Assembly (NCBI GenBank): GCA_964106915.2
Contig: OZ066915.1
Reading direction: 5' to 3' (one strand)
DNA: 64,000 nt
Origin: Podarcis gaigeae
Lineage: Eukaryota
In this document: positions 36,978-49,842 of the stretch, piece by piece
Layout of the letters: the number at the start of each line of letters is the position of its first letter
How positions within the stretch are numbered: position 1 is the first letter of the stretch
Notes under the pieces: generated by a model
Databases searched by the model: none
Told to the model about the DNA's origin: nothing
Seen by the model: the letters and a program-made list of their open reading frames with translations, nothing else
Program-made: the position numbers and the translations under genes

Positions 36978-39739
36978 TACACGCTTGTCCAAGAAAGTCC
37001 TATTGAACTTTGGTATCTACTCAGAAGTTAGCTCCACTATCAGATTTAACCATAAATTCTAGGCGCAGCTACATAGTGAATTAAGGATAACAACATAACG
37101 TTGTATCTCTTTAGGGGATGAATACTATTTCTTCACCTATACCATATTCCTGGTTCTTCTCAGAAAACATGGAAAACATTTCTGACATTTAAGAATTTCA
37201 CAGCAGGGAAAATTCCACCATGTATAGCTTCTTCCACTGCAACAGAGGTGGAAAACTACCTGGTGAAATTACCCCATCTATGCAATTCTTAAAAGCCTTT
37301 TAGTCTGGGCCTGGCACCCGTTTCTCTTTAGTATTGTTCATTATATATGTACATGTCTGTTTCTTTCTCTTCAAATATGTACAAAGTAGCCTCCTGCTTG
37401 AATGTTATTGACTGTGTTGCTGTACCAAATGTCATTTTGTACATCGGTTTTAGAATTCGTTATTCTTTGTCATGAATTACAGTGTTCTGTCTATATAAAA
37501 CTAAACTAAATCAAGTTGTGATTGCCCGACAGTGATTTAAAAAAATAGCCAGAGCATTTGTTTTAATTGCAGCTTTGCCATGCGTGTGGAATTTTGTAAA
37601 GCTGAATCTGGAAAGCAGTGATTACTTTCACTGAAATGTGTACTTGGTAAACTGCAGGAAAAGCTAGACTCCATTTCTATATCCACTCGACTGTATATAT
37701 AACTACTTTGTAAGTCCTGTAGTGTTTCCCTGTATCATAGTTTTTGCTATTTCTTTTCATAGAATTTAGTTCTCGTCTGGAGATCAACTTGTGTCTGAAG
37801 TGCCAGGTTCATTTTGGAGCAATTGGCTTGTGCATGCTCACAGCTAAATTTCTAGGTCCTCGTTCATTTTAACTTAAATTTCTTCAGCTGCTTTTCCAAA
37901 GGAGATGAGCAAGGTTCATAGCAGCTGTCGAACCTACTTCCATATACAGCCTCCACTACTGCCTAGTGTAGCTTCTATCAATTTTATTTGCTATAGGGAA
38001 CAAATCACACAATATTTTTTGTACAAAAAAGCATACCTAGCCATCATGGGTTGTACAAATATGGGAGCAAAGGTTAAGAGTCATGTTCCTTGCTTCAGTC
38101 ACTTTTGCCTCTGGCCTCACCTGCTCCTAGAATGTGGCCCACTGTCTGAAAAAGGCTTACCATGCCTGCTTTACAGGGAGAAGTGGGGAGCTCCAAAACT
38201 GGACATCATAACTGAACGATGTACTTATCTCTTCTTTATTTCTGCTGTTGCAAATAACAAATAAATGGTTGTTCATTTGTTTCCTCATCATGCTTATCAC
38301 TGAGGATGAATGTACTGATTTGCACAAAGTACACTGGACTGTGGGTGGAAAAACCCAGGATTAAATGCTGAACCACTGATTATCAAGGATATCACAAACT
38401 ATGATGCTTTTTCTCTGTATAGTTGGGGAAATTGTGCTTCTTCAGCCAGTTGGTTTTCACTATAGCTGTGCTATGCTATCACAAATCTGCATTGTACCAA
38501 ATTCTGTAAGTACTGGTGCTGTTACCTCACAAATGAGTTAAACTGTTAGGATTGCATCCCATGTTAGTGATGCTCTGTGCAGTCCCACTGAAATTAATGG
38601 GCAAGACTAAGAGCTATAAATTACTAGGGATCTACTGTGTAGAACTTGGATATAACACAAATACTCCAGCTCAAGGTCAACATCAGGTCATCATTAAGTG
38701 GTGGTGGAAAGGTTTAGCAGTCAAGGACAGTACTATTTAGTGAGTGTGTCTCAAGATTAGGAAATAGAGCAACAGCAGGTTTACAATCTTTGTGCCTGTA
38801 ACAGCTGCATTATGGATAGTTTCTCTGTTGGAAATGAAAGAATGGCTGTGCTAGAGCACATGTTTTGCATGCAGAAGACCTCAGGATAAACACTGGCCCT
38901 TTCCAAGTAGTACTGAGGAAAGATTCCTGTCTGAAATCCTGAAGATTTGCAGTCGCTGTAGATGATACTGGACAAGACATATAACGTATCTTCCTCTGTT
39001 CCCAAAACTGGAAAGAAGGTTGAGTGGGGGTCTCTGCATCCTTGTAAAACACTTCAGCAATGTACAGCTATTTTTAAAAATAAAGTTCCTTGCAGACCTC
39101 TCTTCCCATTCTGTCAGAAATGGGTAGGCCAGGAGTAGTGGAACTGTAATAGAAATTAATACAATTCCAAATAATTATATTGAATCTGAGGCTCTCTTCC
39201 ATTGCAGTGCTTTGAAATAGTTATGCCCTTTACCCACAGAAACTTGTCGGGAAAAGTGCACCTTAATGATAGAGAATCTACTATTATTAAAATACTATAA
39301 AACATGTATTTATACTTCCGGATGGATGGTGACCTATAGAAGCTTATGCTGTATTACATTAATTCGTATTTAAGGTGCCACAAGACTGTTTTGCCAGGAC
39401 AGAAAAACATGCCTACGCATCTGGAAAATCACATCTAGAAATTCAGCAGGTGCCTACCTAATTCCACGACAGCGAAAGGCTGTAGGAGTTAAATTACAAA
39501 CCAGTCTTTTAACTAGGAGTATTGTCCTAGTTTAGAGAGAGAGCATTTTAAAAGCACGATACCAAACGAGATTTTGCAACAAAAAATTATTGTCCGCGAA
39601 AGGGACAGGTGTGTAACTCGCATCTATATAATTTTTCATATGCAACATGTATTTAAAAGCGCAACTCTGCTAGGGTGGTGGGGAAATAATCCACCCTCTT
39701 GCAGCTGCTTTCTTTTTTTGTGGGTGTAAGCGAATAGTT

Positions 39740-40730
39740 CTTTCACAGCACCGCACCAAAGAGATCATCTCCCCGCGGCCACTTCATATAGGCTCATAAT
39801 ACAGTACACAGCGTTGTTTCCTTCCACCGTTGCCTCTCGTCAATTTAAGCAGGAACCGGAAAATTCTCTTAAACGAGCCATTTCGGTCGCTTTAAGAAGC
39901 CAGGCCAATGAAAAAGGATTTCTCGCGGGGGGGGGGCGGGAGTAGAAGCCGCTCACGGGAAACACGAATGGGCAGAACTTTGAGATCGCAACCAATAGAA
40001 ACTCAGAAGTACGCAAGAGGAGCCAATCCGCGGTGGGCTCCAACGCTCGCGCAGTGAGGGTATAGGTTACTCTGCGTGGTCGCAGGTTGACGGAGAGGGA
40101 AGCCATGGATCAGGGCTATGGTGAGAGCTGGCGCTGCAGGGGCGGGGGAAGGGACCGGGAAACGCGGGTTAGGCTTCGCTTGGGGTAGGGCTGTTTACCT
40201 CACCGTGGTGGCTTTTCGCACCGACTAGGCCTGGTGGCTCTCAACCGCCTCCGCGAGACACGGGCGGCGTTGATTGGCCATCGGCGCTGCCCCTCTAGGA
40301 GATTGGCCTGGCGAATGGAGCGCCTCTTTCTAATCTCCACGGTCTGCGAGGAAGGCGGGACTAGGTTCTTTTTCCGAAGACGACACAAAATGGCGTCGAG
40401 GCGACCCCTCTCCTCTACGCCAGCGCGCGGTTCCTGCGCCCCATTCTTCTGTGTGGGGTGCTGCCTCTTCCCCTCCTCCCCCGGGGGTGGGGGTTTAGCT
40501 TTTGTAGCCGGCCTGCCCCCTCCTCCAGACACCCGCAGCTTCCTGGGCTTAGCGCTTGGTCCATATAGAGGAAAAGTCGTTTCCACATCTCTATTAAAAG
40601 TTGCCAACATCTTCCCTGTCCCTGGCAGGACTCCTGTGTCTTTAACGCCTCTGCCACCCCTGTAGGTAGCAAGCGAATCCTTTTTCCTGCTATGCAGTCG
40701 ACGCCAGGAGAGGCGTCCGCCTGTTAAAAG
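39740..40730 (+). promoter_or_regulatory. CpG-island promoter and first exon of AKAP8
   Basis: CpG-rich; CCAAT at 39905, 39992, 40023; GC box near 39933; reverse CCAAT at 40273 and 40302; YY1-like AAAATGGCG at 40387; gccATGG at 40105. Confidence 0.88.
40105..40120 (+). CDS. AKAP8: AKAP8 exon 1 (MDQGY-G)
   Basis: Same N-terminus as mammalian MDQGYG; gtgaga donor. Confidence 0.9.
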
Positions 40731-40769
40731 GCCTGCAGCTAGTCACTCACTGTCAATAGGCTTATCTTC

Positions 40770-41250
40770 CATGAACTTATCTCGTCGTTGTTTTTAAGCC
40801 ATCCAAGTTCGCAGCCGTCTCTTCTTTCCCGTGGAAATGCCTTCCATAGTTTTAACTAAGTGAAGAAGTACTTTTTGTCTGTCCTGAATCTTCCAACATT
40901 CAGCTTCCTTGGATATCCATGAGTTCTAGAGTTACGAAAAAGGGAGAAAAAACTTTTCTCTATCCCCTTTCTCCATGCCATTCGTAATTTTATAAGCTTG
41001 TATCATGTCAACTCTTAATCATTGTTTCCCTAAACTTAAATGTTCCAAATGTTGCAACCTTTCACTCCATCCCTTTAATCATTTTGGTTGCCTTTTCTGA
41101 ACCTTTTCCAAATCTACAATACTGTATCGTTTTTTGAGATGAGGCTACCAGATCTATACACGGTATTCCAAAGGCAGTCATACCATAGATTTGTATAAAA
41201 CCGCATTATGGGGTGGTAGTTTTACTTTTAGTTCCTTTCCTAATTTTGTT
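40770..41250 (-). mobile_element. CR1 LINE 3' fragment in AKAP8 intron 1
   Basis: aagccatccaagtt...gtgaagaagtacttt..tgtcctgaatcttcc...ttggttgccttttctgaaccttttcca; reverse complement resembles 58680-59050. Confidence 0.75.
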
Positions 41251-41691
41251 GGATTCAGCAGGGTGTGCATACAGTCTGGTTTCCTATGCAGAATGTGCGA
41301 CGGGCAGGGTCTGAAGATTAGGGGTGATTTACTGTGAATATGATAATTTTGTCATCTTTAAATGTGAAACAAAACCCCTAGCTTAGTGGTATGTCTGAAC
41401 TGGGAGCTGTGGTTTGTTTTGCTCCAAACAAGCCACTGTCTTTACCCACAGTTTGTCCCTGACTTACTGATCATAGTTTGTTTCCCTTGTGTGCTGGAGA
41501 AGGCAGGCAAAATGGATGAGATTGGTACTTTCATAGCAAACCACTAACTACTGTAAATTGGCATGTTTGAGTAGTCACATTTTCACTCAAATTACAGCTG
41601 CTGTATGTGAAAGTAGTTAAGAGAGAGAGTCTGGGAGGGGAGAAGTTAATGTGTGTTTCTGTGAGTTAATGAGTCAATATTTCTCTTACAG

Positions 41692-41730
41692 GTTATAGTT
41701 CCTGGGGTACTGAGGCCACCAGTACTCAAG
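41692..41730 (+). CDS. AKAP8: AKAP8 exon 2 (GYSSWGTEATSTQ)
   Basis: tctcttacag / gtaagt; 39 nt, phase 1-1. Confidence 0.88.
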
Positions 41731-42292
41731 GTAAGTCATGATCTCCTAAAATAAAAAGTTTAGAAAAGGAATAGAAGATAACCTTAAGAATGTTGAGCAT
41801 AAGTGTGTTTATAAATAAATATGCTTCTCTTAAGCATGGGTCACAAATAATATTTTTTTAAAGGTCCTGAGCAGTCTTGAACTTATACTTTGGGGACAAT
41901 ATATTGAGAGGATTTTATTTTGTATAGGAGATGTCCAATGGTTTTAGCTATTTGGGCAACTAATTTCCCCTTTCCTCCCCCTCTGCAGCCCCCATGCACT
42001 TCTGAAATCTGCTCCAGAGAGTTGGGTGATTTTAGAGTAGATTGAGAGGTGTGAGTAGCTGCGGGTAGAGGAGAGGAAGGGGAAGTCCTCTGGTATGATG
42101 GTGGATATTGCCTATATATGTGTACTTAACTCTTTAACACATCACTTGTGTTTTATGCGTTGTTGTCAAAGAACTAATTCATTGAAAATTGTTTTAAATT
42201 GCTTGCCTTGTGAAAGAACTTAATCTGTGTTGTGTTAACATCGCTTTGATGGACGTGTTTAATGTAAAAGTAAACTTTTGTCTCTTTAAAAG

Positions 42293-42325
42293 GTGGCTAT
42301 TCAACAAATCCAGCAAGTTGGCAAG
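42293..42325 (+). CDS. AKAP8: AKAP8 exon 3 (GGYSTNPASWQ)
   Basis: ctttaaaag / gtatgt; 33 nt; matches mammalian ...ASWQG. Confidence 0.85.
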
Positions 42326-43868
42326 GTATGTGTTTTATTTGCAGTACTATCTTAAATATTTTGCTAATTTTCTCAGATTTAACAAGAATAACTGACTGGA
42401 ACATTTAGAGGCATTATATAAGTTAGAATTTGAATTTGCATCACTCCTCCTAAAGCAGAACTTGGCTCCAGAGTTACAACAACTTTGTAGCCAAAAAAGG
42501 GCCATTGAGTATCAGCATGCTTAGGGGAACCCAGAGGTTTGCAAAAGCACAGACATGTTTAAAAAGTCAAAACTATCTGGGTGGATCCCGGAAAAGGCCC
42601 AGTGAAGGCTGAGCGTGCTTAGTAGTTACAGAATCTTAAAAGTTGGCGGTGGGGATTGGAGGAAGAGGGATGGAAGTGGCTGGTGAAGGGGGGGCTTCAA
42701 AACTGGCAGGAATGCAAAAGAGGCTTACCGAGAGAGAAGGGAAGTTTAGTAGGAATTAGGGAGAGTGGAAGCTGAGCATTATATTTATACTTTTTTCCCA
42801 TTCCCCTTCTTTCCCTTCTACGTCCAGTGGATGGAGAGAAAGGGATGGAGGAAGAGAGATATAGATACAAAAACAGCACAAAGAACCATTTCATTGTAAT
42901 CTGGGGAATAAACTATCCACACATCGAAAAATTATTCTTAATTAGACCCAGGGATGGAAATGAGAGCCTCTCATAGAAATCATTGGAGAAATCCAAGATT
43001 TTAATATAGCTGCTAATTGACAAATGAAGCAAAGCTGAAGGGAGAACAGGAGGCAGAAAGTTACAAGAGGAGAAAGTGAGAGCCCATGGTGGGGCAGTGG
43101 CGGGGAGCTGTAGAAGGGGGACAGTGAGGGGGCCTTGACCTCTTCTGAGGAAATCAAAACTTTAGGCAGTCATAGGCATGTTTCTGTCCTGATGAGAATA
43201 TATTCTACTTACTTTATCAAACCTTTATTAGGCATTATGGAAATAAAACCTTAAAAGAGAAAATAACATATAAAAGCCTTGAAATATATATAAAAAGGCA
43301 GCAGTTTGCTAAATGCATATATATATATACATATAGAGTCAGTGGTTTTTGGTAGCAGTCCTCCAAGGAGCAGGATAACAAGGATAACAAGGAGAATATA
43401 TTCAGATACCATTCTGCCACAAATAGAGAATTAACCCCTTCAATCCTGAGCAAACAGCCTCATCAGCCACAAACTCAAGTGAAACACATACACACAGAAA
43501 TAATCTACAGAATTTTGCTGCAGAATTCAGCTTGTAGTATACAAAACAATGTGTGATCATGTAGTGTTTTTAACTTTTATACTGCTCTTCTTTCAAGGAA
43601 AATGGGGTGGGTTAAATTTGCTTTTATAGAAGAAAAATGATAATACACCTAAAATCTCCACCTCTTTAATTGTGGGCACATAACTAAAGCAATAACTCTT
43701 CATTGGTCTTGTGGCAGTGGGCAGTGGTGGCCTATTAATGTTTGTATCTGACAGTTGTTTTCAAGTGTGTATGAGTGCTGGCTTTGGTGATGGTTTCCAT
43801 AGATAAGATTGACACTTGAAACTCAGAGCCCCCCTTTTTACTGTACTATTGTCTTTCCTTTTTTCCAG

Positions 43869-44157
43869 GCTATGAAGGCTATGATTATTACAGTACCCAA
43901 ACCAGCAGCTCTACTACAGCTGCCCCATACAACTATGATGCTGCCAGTGTTGCTGCAACTACCTGGGATGCTCCTAAAGCTACCGACATGACAATGAGTG
44001 CTGAGATGGGCTCTCGCATGCCAGTTGTAAATTATGGTAGTGGGGCAGTGGGCACAGAAAACTCTGACTCCATTATAGCAAAAATAAACCAGCGTCTGGA
44101 TATGCTGTCAAAGGAAGGCAGTGGTGGTCCTGGGGAAGGCATGGAAGATCAGGGAAG
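43869..44157 (+). CDS. AKAP8: AKAP8 exon 4
   Basis: GYEGYDYY...NSDSIIAKINQRLDMLSKEG; ttttccag / gtaaac. Confidence 0.92.
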
Positions 44158-44554
44158 GTAAACTAAAGATTCTCATCTCTGAAAAACATATTTCTAGTTC
44201 TCAATTGAACTTTAATTTGTTAAAAACAAGAATTGGTAGAACAATATTCATTACTTGATATGTAGAAGTAGCTTAACATTGGTACAGTTAAACAAATGCT
44301 ATAGTTTCTGATGACAAAGCTTTCATGCAAGAGAAGGCAACCTGTTGAAGAGAGGGTCTGCTGCCTTCTCTTGTTGAGGCATCAGCTCAACAAGAGATTT
44401 TCAAACAGGGTTTTCATAATAGTGCCTTGAAACCACATAGAAAATACATGTTATATAACTTTCATAATTTGTAAGGGTCCCTGGTTGTCTAACAGATATA
44501 GGTTGTTTCCTTCTACTTTTGTTGTAGAATGCGTTGCTCCTTATTCCAATACAG

Positions 44555-44757
44555 TGAACATATAAAGCTGTTTTATGCAGAGTCAGATCATTGATCTATC
44601 TAGTTCAGTGTTGTCTTCTCTGAATAGGAGCAGCTTTCCAGGCTCTTTGGTAAAGGTCATTCTCAGTCCTTTTACTTGTCTTTTTTTACCTGGAGATTCC
44701 AACCTTTGGAACCTTCTGCATGCAAAGCATGTACTCCACCACTAAGCTATTTCCCCT
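44555..44757 (-). mobile_element. tRNA-derived SINE with CR1-like tail
   Basis: Minus strand ggggaaatagcttagtggtggagtacatgctttgcatgcagaaggttcc head; tail complementary to the 59133-59306 copy. Confidence 0.65.
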
Positions 44758-44885
44758 TCTTTGTAGAGAAGCAAATAAACTTTCAGAGGGCCTCCAGCAT
44801 GCAAATTTATATCTGTGCCAAGTCTGTTCGGACTACCTGTCAAGTCCTCTATAACTACTGACTGAATTCTTTGCTTGTAATACAG

Positions 44886-45402
44886 CTCTTTCAGATTTGA
44901 GTCTTATGAGTCCTATGACTCTAGAGCATCAGTGCCTGATCGTGACCTGTACAGAACCAGCTATGACTATAATGAAGTTGGATCAGATCGGAATGATTCT
45001 TTTGGAAGCCGCTATGATGATGTTGGTGACCGCAGAGATCAGCCCCGCAACAGAGGAAACAACAACTATGGCTTTGCCAGAGGGAGGGCCCAGAATCGAG
45101 GGCACCTAAACACTTTCAATCGTGACCACTTCATGCCATCAAGTACAGAACGGATGTCTGCACAATGGAATGAGATGAATTACATGGGTGGAAGGAATAT
45201 GGAAGGACCTGGACCCAACCGGCTTCCATCACTATTTTCCCAAGCACTCGTTCCAGAGTATAGAGATTATGGTGATTATGGAGACTACGGAGACTATGGC
45301 GACTATGGGGATTATGATTACGGCATGATGGGAATGCAAGGAATGGGAATGGGAAGGTTTCCTGGGAACATGCCCTATGGCTTCAACAGATCACGTGGCA
45401 GA
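44886..45402 (+). CDS. AKAP8: AKAP8 exon 5 (Tyr/Gly/Arg-rich disordered region with DYG repeat)
   Basis: tacag / gtaagt; frame of ORF 44932..45420; SSFRFESYESYDSR. Confidence 0.92.
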
Positions 45403-45826
45403 GTAAGTTTAGCACACTAACCTTAGGAACTCTGACATTTATAGCTGTTTCAGTAGTTGTAAATCATCAGATTGGTTCAGTGATTAACAACAAGAGAAGA
45501 TGGTCTTATTTTTATGTAGGATGTATAATATAACACCATTTATTTTTATTTTTCATTGCAATAATTGGAAGTGATATTGACAAAATAGTGATGTTTTTGT
45601 TTTATTGGAACTGAGATGAACTGCTTGAAAAAATGCCTGCTTGTGAGGTAGCGATATATGGGTGTTCCTTGGGTGCATGGGTTGGGCTTTATTCTTTACT
45701 AAGGTAATGCATGAAATGTATTTTTGTGAAAGAGGACATTTATAGCAGGAAACTAATTCATTCCTGGGGGTCCTGGCAAATGCCAACAAACTGGCCAAGC
45801 ATGTATTGCTCTTTTTTTCTTTCTAG

Positions 45827-45971
45827 CCAAAGAGAAGACCATTCCGTGGTCGTTTTGGTGGGCATTCAGATTTTGAAAGTGGATTACGCAAACGGAAACA
45901 TTCCCAAAGTGGAGATGAACCAGACAGCAAACAGACAAAGACAGAAAGTGAAAGAGGTTATTCTGACAATG
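45827..45971 (+). CDS. AKAP8: AKAP8 exon 6 (bipartite NLS-like PKRR...RKRK)
   Basis: ttttctttctag / gtaatg. Confidence 0.9.
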
Positions 45972-46330
45972 GTAATGTTTTGATTTTGTTACATTAGGGA
46001 CTAGTCCTCTTTTTTCTCATCCTTTGCTTTGGTACCAACCTATTTGTCTTCTAATCATTTATTAAATATGTCATTATAAATCCTACTTCTTCGATGTGCT
46101 ACTATAAAATATAGTACTTTACAGCAATGTTACAGTTCACCAAATAAATAAATGGCCTGCATCTCTGTAGTAAGATGGAGAAGAGTTGGGAAAGATATGC
46201 TAGCAAGTAAATTTCTCAGCAGATGGAAACCAAATTTCCACTTTAAATGATCTCAGAAGAGTGCTATGTTTAGACTATAAAATAAAATGAACTTTTCACA
46301 GTAGTTGAATGGTGTCTTGTGTATTGACAG

Positions 46331-46377
46331 ATAATGGTGAAGGAGAGGACAAATCAGGAGATGAAAGAGATAAAGGT
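46331..46377 (+). CDS. AKAP8: AKAP8 exon 7 (DNGEGEDKSGDERDKG)
   Basis: ttgacag / gtaagt; SGDE motif as in mammals. Confidence 0.85.
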
Positions 46378-46538
46378 GTAAGTAACTTTCTCAAAAGTAT
46401 CTGGATTTTTAGAAGTGATCATTTAAAGTGATGAATGTTTTGGATTGCTGACATTGTAATGCAGCATATTTTACATTGAGCTTTTAAGAGATGTAAAATT
46501 AATTACTTTGTGTAATCCCTCTCTCCCTTTTTTTAAAG

Positions 46539-46575
46539 GAGCATGAGAGAAGCAATGAAGATCTAAAGAGGAAAG
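46539..46575 (+). CDS. AKAP8: AKAP8 exon 8 (EHERSNEDLKRK)
   Basis: ccctttttttaaag / gtaggg; needed to restore phase. Confidence 0.8.
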
Positions 46576-46700
46576 GTAGGGTTGGCAGGCCTATATTTGG
46601 CAGGTCTATATTAACTTTCCACTTGAAAGTTATGAGGGATTGTTATGAGGGATTGTGGAGTGGGTAGGAATTCCATTCTGATCTTCTATGGAGGCCATTA

Positions 46701-46930
46701 CAGTGGTACCTCGGGTTACGAACAGTGCTGCTTACGAATGCTTCGGGTTACAAATTTACAAACCCAGAAGTAGGTGTCCTGGGTTGCGAACTTTACCCCG
46801 GAATATGAACGCAATCCACTTCCAGGGCCGCGGGAGGTCTATGTAGGGAATGCGCGTCTCGGGTTAAGAATGCTTCAGGTTAAGAATGGACTTCTGGAAC
46901 GAATTATGTTCACAACCCAAGGTACCACTG
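46701..46930 (+). mobile_element. Tc1/mariner MITE, subfamily A-related
   Basis: TA|CAGTGGTACCTCGGGTT...AACCCAAGGTACCACTG|TA. Confidence 0.9.
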
Positions 46931-48424
46931 TAGATGCAACTGGGTAAAATTAATTTAAACTAAAAAACTTGTAACATCAATATTAACACCTTAGGGGAGA
47001 TAGTATTGTAGCATTCATGTATCTTCCTTAGAAGCAGTGACTAGCCAGGTGTCTCTGAAAACTGAAAATATTATATCATCCTCAGCTCATTTTTTTTAAT
47101 TTTTATTCAACAAATTAGTGATAATTCCTGTTTTAAAGCCATCTAAAGCTGATAGACATCACTGCATCATGTGACAGTGAATTCCATAACATATTAGTTG
47201 GGTAAATAAATACTATACTCTACTCTAAAATCTACTCTTTTCAGTCCCAAGCTCTAGCATTATCTACATATTATGAGCTGGGTTTTGTAACTTAGTATGG
47301 ATGCGTGAGGGTTCCAGAAGAAGAGAACATGGACTCCTCACCTGGTGTTCTTCTGCTGTGCTGCCTTGAGCTGAGCTATAGTTTGCCCTAAGGTGTAAAA
47401 CTAAGAACAAATCTTGATTACAGTTTGTATTTCATATGGAGCAAGATTAACCAGAAGGCCGAGTTTAGACAACATTCTAAGCTGGACCATGGCTTAGCCC
47501 TGTGCAATGCAGCAGCAGGAAAGTGGCTGAAACCACCTCTCATATAGAGTTGGAAGGGACCCCAAGGGTCATCTCGTCCAACCCCCTACAATGCAGGAAT
47601 CTTAGCTAATACATTGTGACAGAGACTCTGTAGACAGCACATTCACACTATGCCCATTAGTTGGCTTAGTTGTCCAGTCACCAGTTTTCATTCTCTGGGC
47701 CATTTGTTTAGCTTGATAGAAACATAAAGAAAGATATTAGTGAACTGTATAGGTATACCCAGCTGTTTCAGCACATCTGGATGTATTTCTTATAGTTGTA
47801 GTGTGTGTTGTGTTGTTGAAACATACATTACTATTTTTGAGACTACATTGTTTCAATTTTCTGCTTCTGTTACTGTTTATTACAACATATTTATTATGTA
47901 TCTCTTGTCTTCCTAAGAAGCTTAGAGAGAAATGTTAGTGTCCATTCAACCTGTGATTGAGATTGACTTTCTCAAGGCAACCCAGTGAACTTCAGAGTTG
48001 ACTAGGGATATGAGCGTGACTGTTCCCCACTCCACCTTCTTCCACTGCACTAACTAAGAACTATTCAGAGGACTGACATAAGCGTGACTAACAGAAAGCA
48101 GTTTCACTGTGGCAGTATTTCTTATGAGAATAGCCCTCATGCCTATGTTGTATATCATGAGGGAGGCTATGGCTGTGTTGAAAAAGTGCAATTTAATGAA
48201 TAATGTAAATAATATTTGTGAATTACACTTGCCATATGAAACACTGATAGAGGTAAGTGCTTTTTTATTGCCTTCACATGGTAGATCTTTAATTGACCCT
48301 TAGAAAAGCAAGTCAAGGAAAGAGGAGAGGAGAGATTAGAAGGTACAATATTTTCATCCCATGACATTGTAATGCAGTTGAACGTTAGTTCTTAAAGAAC
48401 TGCCTTAAATTTAACTTTCTGTAG

Positions 48425-48521
48425 CATCTGGTGATGGCATTGATGATGATGATGAAGAGTCAAAACAAAGAAAAGAGAAGCAGAGGCAGAGGGATCGAAT
48501 GCGTGATCGTGCTATGGACAG
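48425..48521 (+). CDS. AKAP8: AKAP8 exon 9 (KQRKEKQRQRDRMRDRAMD)
   Basis: ttctgtag / gtaact. Confidence 0.9.
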
Positions 48522-49842
48522 GTAACTGAACAGATTAGAACTCTTACATCTTTAAACATCTTTGGCTTAAAATTCATTTTAACTTAAATTCCTGCTTCAT
48601 ACATAAAATTAAACCCACATTATATGTAGCCTTTCGAAATATGGCTGCAGTAATTGAGAACATTCTGTTGTTTCTCCAGGAATATTCACTAAAGTTTCTT
48701 GGGCTGTCTCTCTCTACAATTTTTTTTTCTTTCTGCTACCCTGCAAGTTTGCTTTCCAGCTCAAGGAAAACAAATGGCTCTTGCTATGTAAAATTTAGTT
48801 TCATACATTGTCTTTTAAAGTGCTAATAAAATGTACAAATAGTAACAATTAGAAAATATTGTTGTGAACTGTTTTGGGCTACCTAGTTGAAAAGGTAGTG
48901 TAGAAATTAATAATTTAATTAAAATAATGGTTGCTTAATGGTAGCCAGCTGAGATTCTATAGGACTTGCCTATGCCATGCCCATGTTTTATGTGACTCCT
49001 CTGTCCTCCTTTACCCACTTCCAAAATTCTGCATTTATCAAAATGTAAATACTTCATCTTGCATCCCATACATGTCTACAAGGCTGATTATATCTTTGGT
49101 TGTTTCCAGATTAAGTAGGCTTGCTCAACACATTTTTTCCTTTTGCCTCCCTTCCAAAATTATGTAATTCTGTAATACAGGCAAATACTCTTCTGGAAGG
49201 TTAATTGGTTATATCAACTAATATTGCATTTCAGTATTTCCATAACTGTGTGTGTGTGTGTGGTTTCTAACGATGGCACTTCAGTTTGAGAAACTTTAAA
49301 ACCTTAATTGCCTAGAGTAGTCCCCCCCCCCCCATTTTTCTCCTTTCCATGTGTGTGTGGCCTGGAGGCATGGGTAGAGGAAGAAGAATGGTGGATTACA
49401 CGAGTCAAGCAGGGGTGTGAAGGAGGTCCAGAAGGTTTTATGTCTTATGCCTGTTTTATAAAACTTGGTTGAAATGGACTGCTGCTCTTCAGGAGAGATG
49501 CTTTCTTAGTGTATGGAAACTCCTGTGGATAGAACCTAAGAATTACAGCACTCTTGTGTTGTGTGATGAAAACTTACATTGTTAATGTTGTGATATTGCT
49601 GTTATAAGATAATTTCAAAATATTAGTAAACTCCAGATGAAAATAGATTGTAGCAAAGTTATGCATAGTTTGCTATAATAAACAAACAGTGCAACCCTAG
49701 ATTGAAGCAGCAAAGGAATCTGGTAGACAGCAAGTTTCTTAGGTTCTGTTAGGACAATAGTTGAGTTTATGGAATTTATTTTTCATGTATTGAATTTCAT
49801 AAATAATGTGTACTAAAAATCAAATTCAATGCCTCTCTTTAG

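Noticed and set aside
44700-44757. tRNA-like sequence
   Set aside because: Degenerate boxes, no cloverleaf and attached to a SINE body; a SINE head, not a tRNA gene
46629-46654. 13-bp tandem duplication gttatgagggatt x2
   Set aside because: Ordinary slippage duplication in an intron with no sign of function
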